A DNA stretch of 61,579 bases, filler included, from Bipalium vagum (GCA_037834085.1; 3 parts of 3 records of this genome joined end to end with filler, not necessarily neighbours in it); one strand, 5' to 3'. Positions 25,583-38,404 are shown, counted from the whole stretch's first letter. Translations and numbers: made by a program. Notes: generated by a model not told the origin, from the sequence alone.

Positions 25583-26365
25583 TTAGGTCATCTATTAAGT
25601 TTTTACTGAAAATATGTATAAAAAAAAAATTGTTTTTATAAAAATTCAAGAATATTTTATTCGATAAAATAATGCCCATCGTTATCAATTATCTTTGTCA
25701 AACGCAGAGATGGTAATGTGGACAGCGCATTTGCAATTGAATTCTTTTTCCTTTAAGAAGTGGTGTAATGAGTTGAAAAGATAATCCGTTGAAGCCATAT
25801 CTGGACTATATGGTGGGTGAGGAAGAAGTTCCCAGCCAAACTCTTAGTTTCTTCCTGGTCATTTTTGGTGTGTGCGGTTTTCCATTATCTTGTTGAAGAA
25901 TAACGCCACGTCGATTAAGCAGAAATGGTCTGGTAAGTTTCAATTTATCACGTAGTTCACTTAATTGCCGACCACAGACCTTACTAGTGATGTTTTCACC
26001 CATATTGAGGAGCTCCATATAAGTTATTCCCTTCATATCCCACCGCACACAGAGAAGAATTTTTTTCGGATGAAGACCTGGTTTAGGTGTTGGGATGGGT
26101 TTTTCACTAGAACCTAACCACTGATTTTCACGCTCAGCATTGTCAATAAAAACTATTTTTCATCACAGCAAACGACTATTTCTAAAAATGGGTCTAGATC
26201 ATAGCGAGTGAGAAAAACGTGCAAACTATCACCAGATTCAAAAGTTGCTGTTCATCTAGAGCATGTGGGATCCATTTTCCGCATTTGGGAGTTTTTCCAA
26301 TTAGAACTAAATGGCGATAAATGCATTTTAAGTATCCGTGAGTTTTGCCAATTCCCGTGTTATTC
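25583..26365 (-). mobile_element. Mariner pseudogene, 3' two-thirds
   Basis: TIR ttaggtcatctattaagttt; PKPGLHPKKILLCVRWDMKGITYMELL...GVILQQDNGKPH. Confidence 0.9.
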
Positions 26366-26378
26366 TACAATGATCTAT

Positions 26379-26465
26379 ATGGCTCAGTTATCGCTAGATA
26401 TTAGAGAATTAGTTATTCAAAAATTAAAAAACGGTTTGTCTCAGAAGAAAGTTGCAATGGACTTA
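26379..26465 (+). mobile_element. Tc1-like transposase N-terminal HTH fragment
   Basis: MAQLSLDIRELVIQKLKNGLSQKKVAMDL, cut off by the adjacent viral-like insertion. Confidence 0.65.
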
Positions 26466-26835
26466 TTGCATCAATTGCCAGCAATTTAAAACTTCACTGT
26501 TACAAAGGCTGATTTGCAGTTTTTGGAATTCACAATCACTGTAACTTTTATCAATGTTGCTTCCAAGAAACCTGGACTCCGCAATAATACTCAAACGTTG
26601 CCTTTTTAACGATGCACTTCTCCACATTTGACTTTTTAAACTCAGTTTCCAGATAAATTTGATAGTCAACATTTCTGCTGGTTAAATTCGTCGGGTACGC
26701 TTCTGGACATTCTTCCAAGTCTATCAATGAATATATTTTTCCAATTTTCGGCTTCGTACTATTGTATACCACCAGTGATTTCGATCTGTTCATCATATTC
26801 AAAAATATCATAACCATTATAAAGATCATGGACAT
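26466..26835 (-). pseudogene. N-terminus of a chuvirus-type envelope glycoprotein (endogenous viral element or LTR-element env)
   Basis: Signal peptide, then LVVYNSTKP...YSLIDLEECP...YQIY.E.EF..V.KC.V....EYYCG, matching the AYDC...SLLDVxEC...C.V...YYCG pattern; frameshifted and truncated. Confidence 0.7.
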
Positions 26836-28240
26836 CCATGAATCGTTTGCTGATCTCGATCCTTATCCTGATTGACTTTTTTCGTGGCTCTTCCTGGTGC
26901 TCCTATTGTCTTGTCTGTTTTCTGAAATTCTGGTTGTTCTTGTTGTATTTCGTATGATCCTGCTTCCAATTTTGGTGCTCTCTTTGTTCCAAGCAAACTA
27001 TACCACCATTGATTTAACTGAATAAATGTTCCGAAAAATTCACCAATCGTCTTATTAACGAATTAAAATTTCTGGATTCTGCATACTCCCGATTTACCTT
27101 ATTGACTCTCTTTAAGATTAACACTATGTCCACCATGGCTTTTTCTTTATCCATTCTACTTTCACATAGCTGTGTCAGTCATAATTTGTCACTTTTACTG
27201 TTTGGTTCATCCACAAAATTTTCGTCATCTCTACAAAGATTTCTAACGTCAGATCGACCGGTTCTCCTCTTGTCTTCATACCTGAATCCATTAACTCTAA
27301 CAGTTGCAATAATATCCCTTAATCTTTTCTAGTTTCTTCATCGTACTTGTCTTCTTCATGCTGCTTTCTGTATCTTTCAGCCAATCTTGTTAGATACTCT
27401 CTTCGTAGTTTCTTTGTGGTTTCTCGACTGATTCCTTGTGACCGTCGTGCCTTTGGATTCTTCTTTAGTCTTCCGACAGGATTATTTCCTGGTCTTGTCT
27501 TAATTTTCCTGGCTCTATCATCTTGATTGAGCTTGTGGTGAAATTTCTCGCTCTCCTCTAAGATCTTCATCAGATATTTCATAAAAATATACGGAATACA
27601 AATCCTCCACTTAGGTACTAGCTAATTCTTTAGTTTTCCGCGTTGTTTCAAGTAATTCTCTACTTATTGAGCCAGTTGGGTTCAATAGGTCATCATATCT
27701 GTTAATCTTGGTTGTCCAAATGGTGTACTTGTACTGCCATTATTACTGTTTCCTCATCTGCATTGCATTCACAAACACCATCATCCAGCTGATAATATCC
27801 CAAAACATTATAATAATCCATTCGTGACCTATCATTTGAGTCTCTTTCTCTTACTGTTCTTACTCTATCACAATAGTGCAAATTCAACTCGTAATCCGTC
27901 AAACTATTTTAATCTGTATCTGATTTAATCCTTTTAGCCACATTTATCTTTCATATCTTTTTAATAAGTCTCTTATTTCTGCTTGTAAAACTCCAAATTC
28001 TGTTAACCCGGTTTTATTACTTTTTTTATCCTCTCTAAAACCCCTGGATTTACTTTCAATTCTCTCACTTGATTCACATATTCATGATTCTGTCTATTTG
28101 TATCCACTTTCTTAGAAAGAATCATTTCTTGACAACACTCTGGTCTTATTGTCCAGTGATCTCGAACACAAAATTTTGATATATTACTTTTAATAATTTT
28201 AAGTTTAATTAGTATTTTACAGTTTACCTTTGCCAAACCA
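26760..28240 (-). pseudogene. Fragmented upstream ORF(s) of the same insertion, product unknown
   Basis: Purine-rich minus strand with serial ORF pieces (28003-28236, 27702-27902, 27319-27582) co-oriented with the glycoprotein; no evident introns. Confidence 0.5.
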
Positions 28241-29203
28241 AACAGATTTCATATATAAACTGAAAATTACCCTTACTAGCATTATAACGCTTAATGCTAA
28301 GAATTTCATTAATCAGACCATGTGAATTTTTAAAAAACTTTTATTGATTTAATTAATAAATTATTCCCAATTGTCGTGAACTTCAATAAAAATGTTGAGT
28401 ATATATACTGGAACGTGTCCTTTTAGAAAGAATTATTAGTTATACGAACGACCAACTGATGTAACAATGTTGACTTTCAAAATTCAAATAATCTTTAACA
28501 ATCTGAACTTCTAATTTAATTTTAGTTATCACTTGAATAAAGTTGTTTGTCTACCACTAAGAAACTAAACTGATATATTTAACAAATTTTAAATCTTTAT
28601 TTTGAAATTATTCTAAAATCACAGGAATAATTCATTGATTTCTGATTTCTTTATTCATCATCAGCTACTCACCGATCTTTCCATTTTTCTGAAATAGCAT
28701 GTCATCGACATCCTTATCAGTCATATCTGTTTACAAACACGTTTCATTTTCTCTCTTATATCAGTATCAAATATAATTAAAATAATATCAAGTGCGAAGT
28801 TCTTTGTGTTCACTCAATAAGTGCACGCAGAGAAAGGCTTCACATCCACGAAATATTTTGATTTGTCCACGAGATCAGATTGAAAAAAAATTTGAAAATT
28901 ATTTTTTAACCAATGGATTATTCTTATAATCGATTGATAAAATTGATTAAATGGACAAGGAAAACTCAAGATGTAGTCAACGAAGAGACAAAGGTGAATT
29001 AAAAAAATAATTTTAAATGTAAGAAACCGCCGACGGCAGCCAGAACTTAAATATTATCATTTCTATTGATTTGTAAACATAAAATCGAATACATGACTCA
29101 AAAATTAATCAATTACAACAACATAATGGAGGGCGGATAGTGAGAGACCGAGAGATAGAGACACGTACACAAACAGACAGACATACGCACACACATTGAC
29201 TCA

Positions 29204-29512
29204 TTATTGTTGCTCCATCGAATCCAATTTGCCATTATCATTATTATTATTGTTACTATTACTAGTAACATTATTACTATTATCATTATTATTATCTTTA
29301 TTATTATTACTATTATCATTATTATTATTATCATTAATAATATTATTATCATTATTTGGTTGATAACCGATTTGATCATCGGGTTTGAATTTCCACAAGT
29401 AATCCGAAGAACCACCTGCTCCCGTTGAAAAAATTCCATTGCCACTGTCTCCAGAAGACAAAAGGCCACTGGGAAGCAATATTCGCGCCAATGGATCGTG
29501 CTGACTGCCGGG
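29204..29512 (-). CDS. TMEM131: Probable terminal exon of TMEM131-like gene (poly-Asn tail)
   Basis: ttttcag acceptor, phase-compatible with the upstream exon, stop at 29204; assigned by splice continuity. Confidence 0.55.
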   Translation of the reverse strand, partial: PGSQHDPLARILLPSGLLSSGDSGNGIFSTGAGGSSDYLWKFKPDDQIGYQPNNDNNIINDNNNNDNSNNNKDNNNDNSNNVTSNSNNNNNDNGKLDSMEQQ

Positions 29513-29614
29513 CTGAAAACATGTAAGAGTTAAACTTGAAAAAAACAAAGTCAGAAAAAGAATGAAATGGTAAAAAAATTGAGATAGAGATTGAAGTCTT
29601 TATCATAAGCCAAC

Positions 29615-30056
29615 CTCAATTTGGTGCCATGGTTTGTCATAGGCCCAGAACTGGCTGTCCATACAGCTGCTGCGATTCCACAGCTTGTCAGTGCCTGTGC
29701 CCAATTGCGCCGCGGAATCGCAACTGAGACCGGTCGTGTCCCCCCAGTATGAGTTAAGAGAGTTCTGTTGCAAATTTGGGTAACTGTCTCGATACGAAGG
29801 CAGCGGAGACCCCAAGCTGGTATTGGCTGGACAGCAGCCATTGATCGAGAGCCACTCTGAGCTGTCTGTGACGGTCAGGTCCTTTTGGGTTCTTCTCTCG
29901 TACTCGAGCAGCGACTGCTTGCGACCGTGCGCGATTCCCGGCAGCTCCAGAGACATGAAGCTCGTTCCAGAATTGTGATGCATCGTGTCTTGGTTGAACA
30001 TGTCCGAGGCCGGCTTGAAATTGTTGCTGGAGCTCACGAACAGAGATGACGAGGTT
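29615..30056 (-). CDS. TMEM131: TMEM131-like C-terminal exon
   Basis: GC-rich open frame (ORF 29603..30037) bounded by AG/GT. Confidence 0.6.
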
Positions 30057-31150
30057 CTGAACGCGATTGAAAAGGAAATAATAAATCAATTCCTACCCCA
30101 GACATTTGAGTTTTGGGGCCTGGAACAATAGTGAAAAATATTTTGCTACATACACATATTAATGTTTAACATCGATTAAAAATTTTTTTTAAAATTATGA
30201 AATCAAAAAAAATTTTTTAAAAACAATAAATGATGATTGCAGAAAAGATAAGAAAATAAAAGACCAGATAGAAATCGTTACCAATTCTTACAGATCAATT
30301 TAAATTTCCAACAAGTATAAATGAATAGAACGCATTTTAAATTGAGTCAAAACAAAACATTGATAAAGTATGTATTATCAATAAGTATTATACAAAATAA
30401 TAATATTATTATTATCAAAATATATTCTGAAAAAAATAATTAATAAATTTAATTTAATAAAATAAAAGTATTTTATTTTTATTATTTTAAAAATATATCA
30501 AAAAAATTAATATTCAATTAATAAAACAGATCAGAAAAATGATATTAAGCAAAATTGATTTAAAATTAGTTAATAATCGGTGATCATTTTATTATTATTA
30601 TCAATATGAAACTATTAAAAATATACTCATATTTTTAATATTTATAATATAATCAGTTAGATTTTCTTTAGTGTTCATTAACGAAACTCGCTCCAGATTT
30701 AAAGAAAATTATTTAAACAAGAAAATTATATAATCTCAAACTTAATTAAATAACTTTTCTTAAAAAATCAATAGTCAAAATTATTTTATAAATAAAAACA
30801 AATTTTAAATTTTAATCAATAATACATGAAAATCGATATTTAAAAAGTAATTTAAAATATATAATAAAAAAATTAATTTAAAGACCATAGTAATTTAAAA
30901 ATCGATAATTTAAATCAGATAATTTAAATCAGATATTGTTATTAAAAACTGATAATTATAAAAAATTACAATCCATCTTTTAAATTTGTTGTTTTTTAAT
31001 AAATATTGATCAATTTAAAAATTAATTAAAAACTAAAAAAATCGATTATTTAAATTGACAATCCGAAAAAAAATCTTAAACGTGGAAAATAAGAAAAGAA
31101 ATAAAATCAAACTAAAATGCCATCACATTAACAACACACTAGAAACCCAC

Positions 31151-31827
31151 GCACCCAGTATGGTTTTGGATGAAATTATCCGAATTGTTGTTGGTCGTCA
31201 CACATGCGTTGTTGTAATAATTGATCAGTAATTGATCGGACGATGGCGACGACGACTGGCAGGCCATCATCTTCCCCCCCTGTCCTGCGCAATTGTCTCT
31301 TAGCGGCGAAACGGTGTCGTTCATTTCGTGGAGATGGAGTTGGTGAAGCTGATGTTGTCGATAAAGTAGATGGTCATCAGAGAAAGTGTGCTGGTGATAA
31401 TCGGCAAACGCTGACGGGGAACTGACGTTCTTTGTCATGTTCTGGTTCTGTTGGTGCTGATGATGGTGTTGGTGGTGTTGATGTTGAAGATGGTGATGGT
31501 TTTGATGATGGAGATGGTGATGGAGCTGGAGTTGGTGGTGCTGGTTGTTATTGCTATCCTCACCGGCGATCATTGTTAAATCTGCAATAGTCGCAGTCTT
31601 TGGCGATTTCGGAACGTTCTTCCGGAATGATAAGCTATTGGTCGATGAAAGCCAATTGTCAATTGTGCTTGTACCCGATGCGCCAGTCGATGTTGTTCCC
31701 ATAGACGATGAGCAGCCAGTTTCGGACATCATGGTGGTGGCGAGATCATTTTCGGGATTGATGTTCGCTTGCAGACCGATAAAACTGGAAAAGATTTCCG
31801 TTCGTTCCGAGAGCTTGGAAAAGTCTT
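31151..31827 (-). CDS. TMEM131: TMEM131-like C-terminal exon, His/Gln-rich (preceded by a small exon at 32061-32126)
   Basis: GC-rich ORF 31139..31864; phase-1 junction matches the CCAG|GTAAGT donor at 32060. Confidence 0.65.
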
Positions 31828-33809
31828 CTGCCATCAATGTTAATTTATATCGATTTATATTCAAAGAGAGAAAGATAAATTGAATTAATAAATATCGAAT
31901 TACTGGTATATTTATAATTAATTTCTAATTGGTGGAGTTTTTTTCACAAAATTAAAACTAGCACTAATTAATCAATAATAATCGAGCTTTTATAAGAATA
32001 TATAAAAAACGGAAAAAAACACCTAAGCAATAGAATGCTGCTGCCGGCACCAGCACTTACCTGGCAGAACCGATGTAACGGTCTCATTTTCCCATTGTAT
32101 CACCTCATTTGAATCAATTTCACTTTCTGAATACGATCAATATTTAAATCTCATACAACTTTCCCTTCATTAACAATCACAAAAAATTCTTTGATGTAAC
32201 CGATTAAGAAAATAGTTTTACAATCGATTTATATATTAATTTTAATAAAAATATTCTATATTTTATTGATTAAATATTATTAATATCCATTATCAAACTG
32301 AATCAATTTATATTACTAGTAATATTTATTGATGATTTATTCATATACTAAATTAAATGGTAATTTCATTAGTTGAAATAACCACAGCCATTTATTTTAA
32401 TATAAAGGAGTCAGTCAAGCGGTGACAAGAGTGCAGATTCCATTAAATAAAGAAAATCATGATATAGTGGATTGATTGAAGCAGAAAGACTTCAAAATCG
32501 TTTGATCTGTCGTCAATGACATTAGAATAAGTAGTTTTATAAAAGAAATTACACTGAAATGATTGGTGATGATAATGAGCGATGTTAATTTCATTACAAC
32601 AACAATAATAATAATAAAAATTTTTTTTTGAATTAAAAAAATTTTTCAATGTATATTTTTACAAAAAATTAATTAAGAATAATTCATTTAAATTATAAAA
32701 TTACTTATATTTTATAATCATCAATTGATAATATTAATATTAAATTAAAATATGAAAATTTTAACGATAAAATAAATAAATATTTATTATTATTGTTACA
32801 AATTAGAAATAGTTTTTAAGCCTTAGGTGTCGGGATCTTTTTCCTTACTGGTGATTGGTGTAAGCAATGACAATTAAAAATAATCAGTTAATCGATAAAA
32901 TTTTATTAATATTGATACAATGAATCGCACAAAATTCATCAAAGTACCGACCCCCGTTCTTCTAATCAACTGGTTTACACTCAATTTATAACTATCAATA
33001 TCAAAAGTGACTCAATTAATACTCATTAAATAGTACTTCAAAGGTAAAAACACAAATCGATCAGATCATTAAATAATTTTTATTATTAAACAATAATGCT
33101 AAAGTAAATCAATAATTTAAAATATAAATCGATCAAAATTTAAAAAATGGCGATATTTTTATAAAAGAAAGGAAAAAAAGAAAGCTTACCAATTAGTGAG
33201 TTTCAACCAACCCTTGGATCGTCATTGAGACTCGTTTAAAGATGACGGAACTCCAAAGAGTCGGTTGATTGTTCTTCATAACAAACAATTTGAACATATC
33301 AATTAAAAATCTTTTTCGATTATCCGACAAAAAATTAAAATTTCTCGCAAATTACAATTGTAACAGTGTTATTTCTTTCTGGTGAAAACATCTCAATGGT
33401 GTCTGCTTTCTATACTCAATCGCCCAGTGCCAAATTTTTGAGTAATAAAAAAACCTGAATATCCCTGAGTGGTAAGTACATTATTCAATATAGCCACCAC
33501 TCAAGAAATTCACAATGTCAATTAAAAAATTTAATTTTATTCCGTTATATGTATTATTATTATTATTATTATTATCGTTGTTATGACTGATCCTCATAGC
33601 GGTCCTTTTACCTCATCTTTGGCTTGCCTTGGGACGAACACAATATTATTGTTCTATTTTATAAGAATTATTTTATTAATAAAATAAAATCATAGATTAA
33701 ATAAAAAAGTATATATTAATATAAAATTTTTTAATAAGTCAATATATTATTAAAATAATAAAACATTAAAATACATTAAAAATAATATAAAATAAAAGCA
33801 AAATTTTAC

Positions 33810-33973
33810 TTGTTTCCATTTCTGAAATTCCATTATTGATTTCACTCATCAAATGAGAATTGGCTTCCAAAAACGAGTTTTCATTGTTATTGATGCTGTT
33901 GTTGGTTAAAATTATTTTTGACAATTGAGGCTTGAAATTTTTCAAAGTCTTCGAGTCTGTCTTTTCAATTTTT
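33810..33973 (-). CDS. TMEM131: TMEM131-like internal exon
   Basis: caacag acceptor (phase 2) and gtaaaa donor (phase 1) are compatible with the flanking exons. Confidence 0.55.
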
Positions 33974-35239
33974 CTGTTGAAAGTCAAGACACATACAAAC
34001 ATCAAAAAACTCGATAATAATAATAATATTAATAGTAATAAAATAAGGAAAACATAAAATTTTCACAAATCTATTTCAAGATATATTCGATTTCTGCTTA
34101 ATGAAATCAGTAAAAAAATCGAATAGGAATTTTTTTAACAAATTAAGATAATCAAAAAAACCAAAATTTCGCATTCACCACCTGCTTTGAATTTCCTTTT
34201 ATCCATAGCTAATTATAAAAGCAGTTTTAGCTTTATGTAAAAAAACAAAAACAAAATATAATCGATATATTGACTACATCTTTTCGATTATCGATTTATT
34301 TTAACGACAGTTTCATTAAAAAAAATTTTATTCAATGAAATAAGATCAAATGCACTATTGAAAAATTGAAAATATAATAATATCGATTATCATTGCATTT
34401 AAAATGTCAAAAATATTCAAAATAAACTAAAACGATAACAATTTCTTAATTTCAAATGTTTTATTGATTTGAAAGTATTATTTGTTATTATCTCTATTAA
34501 TTAAAAACGTGAAAAAAAGCTCTTATTAAAGTTGATTTCCTTTATTGAAATTATTGATAAAATAAGTGAGAAAGACCTTTATTAAGAATGTACAGTAACC
34601 AATTTTAAAACCTTTAATAATATTATAACAATAATATTAACATTGTGATAAAAATAGTAACAGAAAACTAAAAATATAAAATAATAATAATAAAATGATA
34701 TTAAAAATGATATAATAATAATAATAATAATGATAATAAGAATTAATAAAAAGTGTTAATTATTAAACAAATAGACAGATAAAGCAGTCTCCAGGATCAC
34801 TGTTGTCAGACAATTAATGAGTACATAGAAACGGTGAATATATTTCAATCGATAATATAATTTTCACAAATTTTCATTAAAGAACCATAGGTTCTTGTTA
34901 AGGTCACAAAAATGAATAAATTAAAATTGAATGAGTTATTGAGGAATATTTTTGTTATTTATTATTTTTCTCCATTTTTAACACCATCTTTATTTAAATA
35001 TGCTTTGAAGAGAAACAAAATAACAAAAACAAGACGTTAAAGAATAAAAAACTAAATATTAAAGATTTTGATCACTATAAATAATCAATAAACAACTGCC
35101 CATTAAAAATGTAACCAATCCGAATTTTAAATAAAAATATTTCAAAAAATAAAATTATAATATCTAAATATAATATAAAAATCTTATAGATAAAAATATC
35201 AAAAAATAACATTAAATATTACAAGGAAGTTTAACTTTA

Positions 35240-35933
35240 ACGAAAAAGATTAACTTTCATTCCGGAGGAGCACAATACCGAGGCGAGAATTGATGAAAGG
35301 GCCATTTACGCAGCGTCTCTCAGCATGGTAGCAGACAAATGTTTTCTCGATGAAACAGGCTTTAATATGCACACACAGAGATATTATGGCTATTCAACTA
35401 TGAATACCCCAGTTTATGTATCAGTTCCAGCAAATAAAAACGTTAACAACAGTTTGATGTGTGTTATATCTATACACAGAGTAATAGCTTATGAGTATAG
35501 ACGAGGAGCATTAAATTCAAAATTTTTCATTGAATTCATCAAAAACAAACTCGTTATATGTTTTAGAGACCATTCTAATCAAATTTTGGTCATGGATAAC
35601 GCAAACTTCCACAAATCTTCTTCGATTACGCAGGTCTTAAAGGAACATGGCATAGTATTTAAATATCTAGTCCCCTATTCACCCGCATTAAACCTTATTG
35701 AAGAATTCTTCTCAATGATTAAAGCAAGATTTAATTCTGCAAGAATAGAATTTCCTAATGAAACAATCTATAAATCTTTGGTGAGAATAATAGGAACTGA
35801 TTTTGATTTTTCTATGGAGTTGAGAGGCTTCTATTTCAATATGAGAAAATGGGTTGAAAAAGCAAGACAGGGGGAACCTTTCAATTTTCATTTTTTTTTA
35901 AATATGCAACTATTAAATTGCAATACCCTGTAA
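35240..35933 (+). mobile_element. IS630/Tc1-like DD34E transposase catalytic domain, in a TMEM131 intron
   Basis: FLDETGFN, LVMDNANFH and YSPALNLIEEFFS; 34 residues between the second D and the E; ORF 35325..35933 is open; N-terminal HTH absent. Confidence 0.9.
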
Positions 35934-35934
35934 G

Positions 35935-36240
35935 CCTAATGGCCACATCCTTGATGAAAATCCTTCGTTTGTTTACGATCAGTTGCTCGCACCATCTCTT
36001 TATATTTTCTTCATCATTTTATAAGAAGACCAGAGCGCTCCGCATCATAAACACTTTCTACCACGAGGAAACTCAGCAAACCAATAATAAGCAGTCGTTT
36101 TTGAAGAACATTTATCCCCGTAGAGATCGAATAAATAGTTGACTGTGAATATTGGCATTCGATTTTCTACACCAGACGAGAAAATTTTTGACACTTCTAT
36201 ATTTGATTGAATCCAACTTTTTTTAATTCACACGCTTATG
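35935..36240 (-). mobile_element. Mariner N-terminal relic abutting the IS630-like ORF
   Basis: IKYRSV, DLYGDKCSSK, TAYYWFAEFPRGRK and YDAERSG pieces across frameshifts. Confidence 0.7.
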
Positions 36241-36463
36241 TATTACAAAATAAATGGTAAATAAAAACAATTTTCATTTTAATTCCTATATAAATTGTTT
36301 TTTCAAATATAATCTATTCATCAATTTCCATTATATTTTTCAATAAATAATAATTAAAATAATTAATAATGAAATAATATTAAAATATAAAATCAATAAA
36401 ATTATTATTAAATAAAAAAGTGAAATAAAAAATTATTATCTCTAAAGTAAAATATCCTGGTAC

Positions 36464-37004
36464 CTCTCCAACGCCGTTCGTTGACCTGTGACCAAATTGT
36501 TATTTTGTTCGACATTCTTCATCAAAACTGAAGCTGTGGTGTTAGGATTTCGATGGAGACCACTGTCATTTTTCGATAATTTAAAACCGGTTTTCTGCAG
36601 AAAAAACAATAAAATCAATAACAAAAATTGTAGAAAAAATCAATAATTACATTTTTAGACGATTCAAAACCGGTCTCGTTGGATTTTATCGAGCAGACAA
36701 CAATATCTTCGTATTCTGACTGTCTCGTGCCCATAATGGTATTGCTTTCGTCAAGAGATTTATCTGACCAGCTGATATTACCAGACTTTTGTTGCTGAAG
36801 TCTGCGCCGAAAAATTTGCCGATAATGGAATAGAATATTAACAAATTGATTTTCAAATACCAAAAAAACCAACCCGTCCTTGTTCTTGTTTCCCTTTAAC
36901 GATACTGAACCAGAACCAGTACCGATAACACCCAGCGAACCAATGTTACCACTGTTACCAGATAACAATTTAGCATTGCGATTGTTTCCGTCGATATCTT
37001 TTAT
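36464..37004 (-). CDS. TMEM131: Three small TMEM131-like exons (36874-37004, 36651-36801, 36464-36594) separated by 72- and 56-nt introns
   Basis: Canonical GT/AG sites with consistent phases; ORFs 36615..36968 and 36442..36624. Confidence 0.65.
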
Positions 37005-37101
37005 CTGGAAAAAAGTATAAGTTATAACTTATTGTGCACGAATCCAAATATTAGAAAATAAGGTAAGGGCAGGGTACAAGAAAAAATCACAATATTGAGA
37101 C

Positions 37102-38404
37102 CTTTTCTTCCGTGCTAGAGTCAGTGCTAACCGAAATGCTATCGTCCATCCGCTGGGAGCTCTTTGCTTTCAATTGTTCCTCAGTGACCACTGTCGTGAT
37201 ATTGGTCTTTTTGCGATTTTTGTTACTGTTGCTATTGTTGTTGTTATTGACAACGACCTTTTTGCACCGGTGCACATCCAACGACGGAATATCTATAGGT
37301 GCAAAATTCAATGTGGCAATAGCAGAAGAACAATCGTGCTGTCGATTGGATTTCGATTGATTATTATTATTACTGACGAACGATGTGCAGTTTGATCGAT
37401 TTTTGTTGCTCTTCTTTGAATGATTTGTCAACTGTCCGGCAGCTGGTGGAGCTGGTGTTGGCAGATTGCTATTGTTATTGGTCGAAGGACCGGTATTTTG
37501 TGAAACGGCTCCTCCTCCTCCTCCTCCCGCTCCTCCAGAATGTCCCGATCCGGTTCCTGTTCCCAATCCGATTCCTCCTCCATTTGCAGCAGACACTGTA
37601 AGCTCTTGATTACAAAACAATATTTTTGACTTGTTGAAATTGACAATAGATTTCTGTGAATGTGAATGATTATCAATTTTTGTGTCTTCGGTCGACTTTG
37701 ATTGGCTTCCACCACTAAACATTGCAGAAGTCTTGATAAATTGTTGCTGATGTTGATGCTGATTTGGTTGTTGTCCTTCGGATTTGTAATTGAAATTGTC
37801 TTCCAGTCTCGGTTTCAGTGCCGTGTTCTGGTTCAATATTTGCGTGAACGATCTCATGGCCCACTGGACCAACCCTATAAACAGACCTCGCTTCTTCTTT
37901 TTCTTGTGAGACTGATGAAAACTATTATTATTGGACGACGATATAGAAGATGATGACGATGTGATTGGATTGAATCCGCTGTGATCGCTGTTTGTGTTGG
38001 CATTGGTGATATCTTCTGGAATACTTTTGCCACAAAATGATTGGGCAAACACCTTTTCCGCGACTGCGCTGTTCATTTTGTCATCGTGTTTCTTGCACAC
38101 ATTTACACGCTTGATCACTGATGAGTCACACTCATTTCGGTTATAAATGGATAGATATTCGTGAACAGATGATCGAGGCGACACAACGGGTGGCAACTGA
38201 TTGGCTGCATTGATGAAAGGAGAGTTTTTTGAGAACGTGCGAAAGTCGCAAATTCTATCACCGGCGGAATGCGGATAACTTCCTATGGCAACGGAACTCA
38301 AATGTCTATAGATCACATTGCTCGTAAAAAGTCGATCGGCTTCATAGTATGACATTAAAATGGCAGCCATAGTCACAATCGATATTACTACAATCACCAT
38401 GTAC
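37102..38404 (-). CDS. TMEM131: TMEM131-like exon: transmembrane helix plus low-complexity cytoplasmic region
   Basis: atccag acceptor completes Trp with the upstream exon; YMVIVVISIVTMAAILMSYYEA TM segment; 437-aa open frame. Confidence 0.85.

Noticed and set aside
29113-29841. Overlapping alternative ORFs, including a hydrophobic poly-Ile/Met one
   Set aside because: Alternate frames of GC-rich exons and of the (AAT)n tract
33190-33455. Possible extra TMEM131 exon with a strong GTAAGC donor
   Set aside because: Stops in all three frames near the donor; flanking exons already join in phase
37112-37953. Plus-strand ORFs opposite the large TMEM131 exon
   Set aside because: Antisense shadows of low-complexity coding sequence
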